This document shows, piece by piece, positions 57,277 to 64,000 of a DNA stretch of 64,000 nucleotides. The notes beneath the pieces were generated by a model that saw only the letters and a program-made list of their open reading frames with translations, did no database searches and had not been told where the DNA came from. Source of the DNA: Leptonemataceae bacterium (GTDB lineage Bacteria; Spirochaetota; Leptospiria; Leptospirales; Leptonemataceae); the NCBI GenBank assembly GCA_965227295.1, contig OZ245742.1, forward strand, positions 736,001 to 800,000, written 5' to 3'. A program made the position numbers and the translations under genes. Every line of letters begins with the position of its first letter. The first letter of the stretch is position 1.

Positions 57277-58059
57277 ATGAGCAAGAACCGCGCATATCTA
57301 CTCTTTCGTCTCTATGGACCGCTCGCCTCGTTCGGAGACACGGCCGTCGGAGAGTACCGTCCGACCTACGACCGCCCCTCGAAGTCCGCGGTGCTGGGCC
57401 TCGTCGCGGCGGCGCTGGGCATCCGTCGCGACGAGATCGGTGTTCACGAAAGCCTGGAGCGACAGTTAGGCTTCGGCGTGCGGGTGGAATCCGCCGGCAT
57501 GTTGATGCGTGACTTTCACACCAGCCAGGTCCCGCCGGCACGACTGCATCGCATCTATCCCACGCGACGCACAGAGTTGCTTTCATCGGATCTTACAACC
57601 ATCCTGTCCACGCGCGACTATCGCTGCGACGCGCTGTATCACGTCGCACTCTGGCACGTGCCCGGCCAGACGAAAAAACTCGTGGCATCACTCGAAGACA
57701 TTCAGCAAGCGTTACGGCAACCGAAGTTTACACTCTATCTCGGACGCAAATCATGTCCGCTCGCCTTCCCGCTCGCTCCGCAACTCGTCGAAGCACGCAA
57801 TCTTCGATCGGCTTTCCACAATGCCGGGACAAAGAATACGGCGGACTCCGCACAAGAACAGCTCCTGCAGCAATTGAAGCGCGGTCTGCGCATTCGCAAT
57901 AGCGAACGAGCACGAATCTATTGGGAAGGCGACGACTCGGGTTTCCAGGCGCATACCGCGGCACAGCGCCGCGACCGCGTCACGAATCGACAACGCCAGC
58001 AGTTCGGCAACCGCACGGAGTACCAGGGCCTCGACGACACCGCAGGGGACGCAGACTGA
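57277..58059 (+). CDS. cas5: Type I-E Cas5 (CasD)
   Basis: LYGPLASFG, PSKSAVLGLVAAALGIRR, DFHT, RDY, LYLGRKSCP. Confidence 0.96.
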   Translation: MSKNRAYLLFRLYGPLASFGDTAVGEYRPTYDRPSKSAVLGLVAAALGIRRDEIGVHESLERQLGFGVRVESAGMLMRDFHTSQVPPARLHRIYPTRRTELLSSDLTTILSTRDYRCDALYHVALWHVPGQTKKLVASLEDIQQALRQPKFTLYLGRKSCPLAFPLAPQLVEARNLRSAFHNAGTKNTADSAQEQLLQQLKRGLRIRNSERARIYWEGDDSGFQAHTAAQRRDRVTNRQRQQFGNRTEYQGLDDTAGDAD

Positions 58060-58748
58060 TGTACTTCAGTAAGATCGAAGTTCCGCCCCCCGGCTTCGGC
58101 CGTCCTCTGCCGTTGGGAGATCCCTACAGCGTCCACCAATCGATGTGGGCCCTCTTCCCCGAAGATCCCAATGCGCAGCGCGATTTTCTGTATCGCCAGT
58201 TGGATGATTCCGCGCGATCTTTTTACGTAGTCTCCGCACGTCGCCCGCAAGCTACCAGCGCACTCCCGTGGCAGATCCGCACAAAACAATACGATCCTCG
58301 CGTCTCGTCCGGACAACGACTCTGGTTCGAAGTCCGCGTCAATCCCACGGTGACACGCTCAGACGGCAGCCGACAACAGCGCCACGACTACGTCATCGAT
58401 TACAAAAAACGCCTGGAAAGCACGGCCGAAGCCGAACTCCCGTCCCCCGGCCGATTGCTACACGACGCCGCGTGTGAGTGGTTGGACAAACGCTGTGAGT
58501 CTCACGGCTTTACGTTCGAATCGCACGCGCTACGCGTACAAGATCGCGATTATCTTAAGTTTAAGAAGGGCTCAGCTTCGCCCGAAGTCACCATCGGCAC
58601 ACTCGATCTGGCCGGCCTGCTCACGGTCCAGGACCCGCAGCGCTTTCGCGAAACTCTCTATAACGGCATTGGTCGCTCTCGTAGCTTCGGCTGTGGTTTG
58701 CTGCTGGTCCGGCGTTCGGGGGGCCCGGGGATACACTCTTTACTTTAG
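58059..58748 (+). CDS. cas6e: Type I-E Cas6e (Cse3/CasE)
   Basis: ATG overlaps the cas5 TGA; YSVHQSMWALF, FLYR, VNPT, GIGRSRSFGCGLL G-rich loop. Confidence 0.96.
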   Translation: MYFSKIEVPPPGFGRPLPLGDPYSVHQSMWALFPEDPNAQRDFLYRQLDDSARSFYVVSARRPQATSALPWQIRTKQYDPRVSSGQRLWFEVRVNPTVTRSDGSRQQRHDYVIDYKKRLESTAEAELPSPGRLLHDAACEWLDKRCESHGFTFESHALRVQDRDYLKFKKGSASPEVTIGTLDLAGLLTVQDPQRFRETLYNGIGRSRSFGCGLLLVRRSGGPGIHSLL

Positions 58749-59095
58749 CGGGGGCGTTGTTGGTCGGCGAATACGGCAGTCCCGACGATCAGCCGGCCAC
58801 CGAACCGCCGCGGTCCGTCTTTTTTCCGGCGGGATATGTCACCGATCCCCGGGAGGATTTGAATCCGGAGACGAGCGTGCGGTTACATTTTTTTTGGCAT
58901 AGATTAATGTAGCGAAGGTGAATTGCGTCTTACAAAATGTGGAGCTTTCTGCCGCCGCCCCGAAAACCAACGCAACCGCCCCGCCCCACAAGCGTCAGCG
59001 ATTGGAGCGATGGCCGAAGGCCAGGGGGTGACTAAAAAGTCCGCGGGAAATACAACGTGCCATATTTTGACAGTTTTGCGGCGAAGCCGCTCTTG

Positions 59096-59258
59096 GCGCC
59101 AGGGATCGGAAGGGTTGCGCCGACAGGCGCAAGTCCGGAGCACAGCGGAGGACCGCAGGCGAAGCCGGACGCCGACAAGGCTCCGCTCGTCGGAGCCGCG
59201 TCAGTTGGCTTCCCCTCTGGAGAGCCCGGTCGCCGCGCAAGCGGCGAGGCGCCCAAAA
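59096..59258 (+). repeat. Dispersed structured repeat (Flavo-1-like), long forward copy
   Basis: GCGCCAGGGATCGGAAGGG...GAGAGCCCGGTCGCC-hairpin-GGCGCCCAAAA. Confidence 0.65.
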
Positions 59259-59370
59259 GAGCATTTCGGTTTTCTCATGTTTTTCAGTGAGAAATCAATG
59301 TGTTAACTTAAAATAAAACAATATTTGTATGGGCGTTCCCCTCCGTGCTTCGCGCTCGGTGGGGAAGAGA

Positions 59371-59405
59371 AGGAAAGCCGCCCCGACAAGCGGGGCGGCT
59401 TTCCT
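59371..59405. terminator. Perfect hairpin, probable terminator of the minus-strand STAS gene
   Basis: AGGAAAGCCGCCCCG-ACAAG-CGGGGCGGCTTTCCT overlapping the stop codon. Confidence 0.7.
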
Positions 59406-59742
59406 ACCCCTGCACGGACATCACCGCTTCTTCTTCGCTGTCATACACTGCAAAGAACGAAATCAGCTTCGTCAACGTGAGCACGTGCCGGGTGGCCGGG
59501 GAGAGACACGCCAGAGCCAGGCGGCGGTCCTTCTTGCCTAACTGCTGAGAAAATGAAATTAAGGCGCCGACGCCGCTGGAGTAGATCGTCTCGACGTTTT
59601 CCATGTTGATGACGACGTGATTATCCGAAGTTTCGAGACAATCCTGAAGGATGTCGCGCAGGGCCGGCATGTTGTAGATGTCCATGACACCCCAGACCTC
59701 GAAGATCGTGACGCCGTCCTGTTGTCGCTGCTCAATGTCCAT
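59404..59742 (-). CDS. STAS-domain anti-sigma factor antagonist
   Basis: G.MDIYN..LR, VVINMENV..I.SSGVGAL, VLTLTKL..FF.VY. Confidence 0.9.
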   Translation of the reverse strand: MDIEQRQQDGVTIFEVWGVMDIYNMPALRDILQDCLETSDNHVVINMENVETIYSSGVGALISFSQQLGKKDRRLALACLSPATRHVLTLTKLISFFAVYDSEEEAVMSVQG

Positions 59743-59774
59743 GAGTTCGTCGATACTTCGCGCAGTAGACCGCA

Positions 59775-60722
59775 TCAGTACAATCGCGTCAAAACAAAAC
59801 CGCGATTTTCGAGCAGTTGCAGCACGCCTTCCTTGCCGGGCAAATGCAGAGCCCCCACGGCCACGAAGGCCCCGCCGGCACGCATGTAGCCGTCCATGCG
59901 ATTGGTCATAACGTGATTGCGATTGTTCAGGAGACGCCGGTGCACGCGGGCCAGCAACGGATTGCCCCGCTCCTGATCCGTCAGGGATTGGACGATGCGC
60001 GCAAGATTTCGTTCGCTGTACGCGCGGATGAGGTCGTCGAGATCGAGATTGCCGCGATTGTCGAGGTCCTGCACGGCCGCGCGGATCAGTGCGACCTGAT
60101 CTTCCCGGGAAAGGCCGTCAAAGATGGCGACCTGTTCATCCACCGTCTCCAGTTCCACCACGAGCATTTCCCGTTCCAGGGCGCGGCGGTAGAGCATGAC
60201 GTCCAGAACCTCGGCTTCGCCCTCGCCCAGGAGGGCGCCGCGTAACACGGCCGATTGCGGCGGCGTGCTGAGGATCATGATCACGGCCCAGGGTTGCATA
60301 AACCGCGCCGCGTCCTCCGGAATGCCGTAATCTTCGAGCAGGTCTTCCGTGCTTTCGTAGAGCGACGGCCCCAGGGCTTCTTCCAGGGTGCGACCGTCCC
60401 GATAAAACATGCGCATGGACAGCCGCGCGAGATTGGCCGGATCCATGGCGATTTCGGGATGAAAAGATTGCGAAGATGTGAAGGCCTGCTCCACCACCGG
60501 CGGCAAATTCGTGACCCGCGGATCGTCCACGTGAATGGTGCCGAAGACAAAGGCCGGTGAAGATTGGCCCGGCGCTTCGATCTTCCAGAGCAGGCCCTGG
60601 CCGTAGGGAATATCCGGTACCGGGGCGGGAACCGGCCGCGGACGTTGCTGCCCGGCGCAGGCGCCCAGAAGAACGAGCGCAAACAACAGCGCGGATCCGG
60701 AAGACGCAAGCCGGCGAGTCAT
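59775..60722 (-). CDS. TraB/GumN family lipoprotein
   Basis: LLGAC lipobox; LLWKI, FGTIH, LETVDEQ, RN, FVAVGALHLPG. Confidence 0.9.
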   Translation of the reverse strand: MTRRLASSGSALLFALVLLGACAGQQRPRPVPAPVPDIPYGQGLLWKIEAPGQSSPAFVFGTIHVDDPRVTNLPPVVEQAFTSSQSFHPEIAMDPANLARLSMRMFYRDGRTLEEALGPSLYESTEDLLEDYGIPEDAARFMQPWAVIMILSTPPQSAVLRGALLGEGEAEVLDVMLYRRALEREMLVVELETVDEQVAIFDGLSREDQVALIRAAVQDLDNRGNLDLDDLIRAYSERNLARIVQSLTDQERGNPLLARVHRRLLNNRNHVMTNRMDGYMRAGGAFVAVGALHLPGKEGVLQLLENRGFVLTRLY

Positions 60723-60771
60723 TGGATGAGAATAACAGGTTTCATTCGAACGTCAATTGCTATTGTAGAAG

Positions 60772-61212
60772 ATGATCCTCAAGCTGATCTTTCTCGCTCA
60801 TCTCGGAGCGACGATCTACATGACCGGACTCATCTGGTTCGTGCAGTTGGTCCACTATCCCCTCTTCGCCCACGTCGGCACCGATGGTTTCGTGCGCTAC
60901 GAGGCACTGCACACACGATGGACCACGCTCGCCGTCGGCCCCATGTTCTTTGAAGCATTGACTCTACCGGTGCTGTTTTTGTACGCACCCGTGGCTCAGT
61001 TCAACGTAGCGGTCTGGATCGCCGCGGCCCTGGTGCTGATCAACTTCGCGTCGACGGCGTTGCTACAGGTGCCGCAACACACCAGGCTGACCCAGGGCTT
61101 CGATGCCGCGGCGCACCGATTTCTGGTGCGAAGCAACTGGATTCGGACCAGCGCCTGGTCGTTGCGGAGCGGGATTTTGCTGGCGCTGCTCTGGGCGATG
61201 CTACCGGGATGA
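60772..61212 (+). CDS. Conserved membrane protein
   Basis: MTGLIWFVQLVHYP...QVPQH..L...LVRSNWIRT; four hydrophobic segments. Confidence 0.8.
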   Translation: MILKLIFLAHLGATIYMTGLIWFVQLVHYPLFAHVGTDGFVRYEALHTRWTTLAVGPMFFEALTLPVLFLYAPVAQFNVAVWIAAALVLINFASTALLQVPQHTRLTQGFDAAAHRFLVRSNWIRTSAWSLRSGILLALLWAMLPG

Positions 61213-61254
61213 TTTCTTGTTCAAAATATGCCCGAGGTGATAAGGTAATATTTT

Positions 61255-61372
61255 TTTTGGGCGCGTCGCCTGCGGCGACCGCGCTGCTCCGGGCTCGCTG
61301 TTCGCTCGTTCCTGCGTTCGCTTCGCTCGCTACGGAATTGCGCTTGCGCGCAACCCTCCGCATCGCTCGCGC
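61255..61372 (-). repeat. Dispersed structured repeat (Flavo-1-like), reverse copy
   Basis: TTTTGGGCGCGTCGCC...GCTGCTCCGGGCTCG...AACCCTCCGCATCGCTCGCGC; reverse complement resembles 2851-2968. Confidence 0.7.
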
Positions 61373-61477
61373 GAAGAAACGAACTCAAACATCGCCCACC
61401 AACTCACCAACCACGAAACCCCTCCCACTCTTCCCTCGGCGCCTCGGTGTAAATCTTCCTCTTCGACCTCGTACACG

Positions 61478-61508
61478 AAAAACCCGGGACGCCTTGCGAC
61501 GCCCCGGG
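61478..61508 (-). terminator. Probable intrinsic terminator
   Basis: CCCGGG(A/G)CG stem with a T-run on the minus strand, just downstream of 61531-61722. Confidence 0.55.
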
Positions 61509-61530
61509 AGCTACGTGACAGACTTCCGAC

Positions 61531-61722
61531 TTACGCCGTGAAGTCGACGGAGTGGCCGGATTCGGGGTTTTGTACCTTTGCTTCGACGTTGACTTTCAGA
61601 AGCTTCGAATCCATGGACTGGCCGGCATCGACGATTTTTTGATTCAGCTGATTGAGCTGATCCACCGATCGTGAGACCTGGGCCATTGCCTGGCCGGCGT
61701 TGAATGCCGATCCTACTTGCAT
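61531..61722 (-). CDS. Small hypothetical protein (YjfB/motility-protein-like tail)
   Basis: 63 aa ending GHSVDFTA; GGGG/AGAAG upstream; followed by terminator. Confidence 0.65.
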   Translation of the reverse strand: MQVGSAFNAGQAMAQVSRSVDQLNQLNQKIVDAGQSMDSKLLKVNVEAKVQNPESGHSVDFTA

Positions 61723-61863
61723 ACTTCTACCCCCGGAGTGTAGTGTTATCAGATACGGAATTCCGGGGGCTCAACCTTAGGCCGGAGGAGCGGTTTTTTC
61801 GTGGATAACCGGGCGAAATCCGGCTTTACAGCGGTCCAATCAGGAGCAGACTCCCATTCAACC

Positions 61864-62814
61864 ATGCTCGGTTCCGCTCATCGCTCGCCGGCCCCGTTCC
61901 CGTGGTTCCTGCTTGCCCTGCTCCCGGCCGCGGTCCTGCTTTCCGGCTGCGCCCTTTTGCCGAACGCCTGCCTGCTCAACAGCTGTCCGTGTCGGAGTTC
62001 CTACACCATCTACGAACCGGAGAATCCGACGCGCATCGTCGTCCGGCAGTCGCCGGGCTACGACAAACTCTTCGACTCCTGCTCGTGCCGCAAACGCCTG
62101 CAGCCCTACGGGGCCCGGGTCGCCCTCATCTACAACAGCGATCTTACGAACGAATGCCGGCCCATGGCCGCTCTGGAAGCCGGCATCTACGAACCGGTGG
62201 AGGGCCATGAGGCCCGCAACATTCTGCGCAACGCCGCCGGCCAACTCGGCGCCAACGCCGTGGTCCTCGACAGCTTCGAACCGGGCCTGGGCGTCACCGG
62301 GCGCGCCCTGCACTGCTCCGATGATTTTCTCACGAAGTTCGGTTACGGAACCATCCGCCGCAAAGAGCCCGGGCCTAAAAAGAAAGACGAACCGGACGAG
62401 CCGCAGACCAAACTCGCCTGGCAACGTTGTTCCTACGGCCAGGGCGCCGCCCGCGAAACCTGCACGGGCGACGCCCTGAGCAGCACATACATCGAAGCCC
62501 GCAGGTACTGCGAGAACCTCGACGCCGACGGTCGCACCTGGCGCCTGCCCGCCGTCGAAGAACTGCGCCGCCTCCTGGACGCGAAACAGCCGGACACCGC
62601 GGCGCAAATCGATCCGCAACGCTTTCCGAATACGCGACGCCACGTCTACTGGACCGCCACGCCGTACCGCAAGGAACCGAACACCATGTGGGTCGTTGAC
62701 TTCGAGACCGGCGAGGCCTACGGCTACGCCGACGACAATCCCGGCTTCGTGCGCTGTGTTTCCGAGGAAAAACCGGACGACGGTCCGGGCCGCGGCGTGG
62801 CGAAGCGACCTTAA
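61864..62814 (+). CDS. DUF1566 (Lcl-domain) lipoprotein
   Basis: LLSGC lipobox; LAWQRCSYGQ, ARRYCENL, WRLPAVEEL, YWTAT, WVVDFETG, FVRCV. Confidence 0.85.
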   Translation: MLGSAHRSPAPFPWFLLALLPAAVLLSGCALLPNACLLNSCPCRSSYTIYEPENPTRIVVRQSPGYDKLFDSCSCRKRLQPYGARVALIYNSDLTNECRPMAALEAGIYEPVEGHEARNILRNAAGQLGANAVVLDSFEPGLGVTGRALHCSDDFLTKFGYGTIRRKEPGPKKKDEPDEPQTKLAWQRCSYGQGAARETCTGDALSSTYIEARRYCENLDADGRTWRLPAVEELRRLLDAKQPDTAAQIDPQRFPNTRRHVYWTATPYRKEPNTMWVVDFETGEAYGYADDNPGFVRCVSEEKPDDGPGRGVAKRP

Positions 62815-62855
62815 CGCGTATCGCAACTTACGGAACGCAGAACTGAAAGTCTAAG

Positions 62856-63992
62856 CTACCGAAGCAGCCCGCGCACTTCGGCCAGCAGCGCCTGCGTATA
62901 CTGCACCCGCCCCTCGAAGTTCATGTGCGAGCCGTCGAAGTACAATTCCGCCTCGCTCTCGAAGACTTCCGGCGCGAGCCGCACATACTTCACGTTTTCG
63001 TATTGATCCGCCGCCTCACGAAACACCGCGCGCACGTGCTCCTCAAAGCCCGCGTCACGTTCCGGAAAGAGCAGAATGTTCGGCGTCTCCAGCAACACGA
63101 ACGTCGTCTGTGGATGCTGCTGCGCAAGCGCGATGATGCGGCCGAACTCCGCCACGTCTCCGGCACTAATCTTCTCCGGCGAGTACTTAGCGTACTGCTC
63201 GCGCCAGAGTTGCAGGCGCGGGTCTTCGCCGGGGACCGTTGCCGGAGCCTCTTCTGCGTTCGGCCCGTCTCCGACATCGTCCTCGCCGTCATCCGCCGGC
63301 GTCCCGGGCGCGCCGCTTGCGTCGACCGGCGCGCCGCCGCCCGCCGGGGTTCCGCCTAAATCGAAGATCGGCGTATCATCCTGCGACTCCCACTCAACGC
63401 CGAAGACCTTCGCGATCTGTTTACCGATGGCCCCCGCACGATTATAGATCCGCGCGCCGATGAAGTAGCTCACGCCGTTCAGGCTGCACGTGCGAAAGAT
63501 ACGTTCTACGTATAAATCCCGGGCGGCCATTTTTTCCGCCAGGTACTCGCGCAGTATGCCTTTGTGATAGTAACCGATCAACGGCCGGAAGGCCCCGGCA
63601 GGATAACGCTCCGCATGAAACGAGTACTTATCCGTTTCCAGAATGATCAGCGCGGGCGGTGACTCGCCGTGGCGTTCGAAGTATTCCTCAACCAGGTGCC
63701 GGCGTATTTCCATGTTGCCGCCGGGCACGCTGAGCATCGCAAACTCACGGCCGGTGGCCTGGCTCAGAAATTTCACGTCGATGTCCCAGAAGACGTGCGA
63801 CGAGCCCACAACCACGGCGTCGCTGCGTTCTTCAATCGCGCCGAGTTTGTGCAGATCGTTGAACCACGGATACACCGCGAAGTAAATCAAGGCGTCCATG
63901 AGAAAGACGCTCACGAGAAAGATCAACGCGCGCAGCGCAAAGCGCGGCCAGGGCGTCGCCTTAGAACTGGAAGTAGATGAAACTCTGTCCAT
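62856..63992 (-). CDS. SGNH-like / DUF1574-like membrane-anchored protein
   Basis: N-terminal TM, VVGSSH, C-terminal YFDGSHMN. Confidence 0.7.
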   Translation of the reverse strand: MDRVSSTSSSKATPWPRFALRALIFLVSVFLMDALIYFAVYPWFNDLHKLGAIEERSDAVVVGSSHVFWDIDVKFLSQATGREFAMLSVPGGNMEIRRHLVEEYFERHGESPPALIILETDKYSFHAERYPAGAFRPLIGYYHKGILREYLAEKMAARDLYVERIFRTCSLNGVSYFIGARIYNRAGAIGKQIAKVFGVEWESQDDTPIFDLGGTPAGGGAPVDASGAPGTPADDGEDDVGDGPNAEEAPATVPGEDPRLQLWREQYAKYSPEKISAGDVAEFGRIIALAQQHPQTTFVLLETPNILLFPERDAGFEEHVRAVFREAADQYENVKYVRLAPEVFESEAELYFDGSHMNFEGRVQYTQALLAEVRGLLR

Positions 63993-64000
63993 AGAACGCT

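Noticed and set aside
57921-58058. Extended N-terminus of Cas6e
   Set aside because: Overlaps cas5; the coupled TGATG start at 58059 gives a typical Cas6e N-terminus
1-64000. tRNA or rRNA genes
   Set aside because: No cloverleaf or rRNA signature recognised by eye

Overview
GC-rich (roughly 60-65% by eye) bacterial chromosomal window, most likely from a Leptospirales/Leptospiraceae-like spirochaete. That inference rests on a Lepto_longest-like giant protein, a Sul-type folP, DUF1566 and DUF1574-like genes, and Flavo-1-like repeats. Layout: (1) 1-14.1 kb housekeeping/metabolic genes (GH31, DnaJ-domain, DUF883, DUF4015 hydrolase, EAL/YkuI, Sul-like folP, large NAD-GDH). (2) 14.3-36.8 kb polymorphic-toxin island: a ~4380-aa secreted protein with a low-GC C-terminal toxin tip and a coupled Zn-ribbon immunity gene, an antisense group II intron, a DUF1016-nuclease fusion, an orphan toxin tip of the ADP-ribosyl-cyclase type with an Imm74-like gene, and small orphan ORFs. 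(3) 36.9-43.8 kb envelope-modification genes. (4) 43.8-58.7 kb type I-E CRISPR-Cas locus with seven tandem arrays (about 62 spacers), six of them behind their own full or partial leader copy and with four repeat variants among the five long arrays; cas1-cas2 sit among the arrays. Between cas3 and cas8e there is a candidate CRISPR-derived regulatory module: a degenerate mini-array whose 32-nt spacer matches the DNA just upstream of a consensus sigma70 promoter driving a 41-aa ORF and the Cascade operon. (5) 59-64 kb ordinary genes. All family assignments come from motif recognition by eye; no database searches were run.
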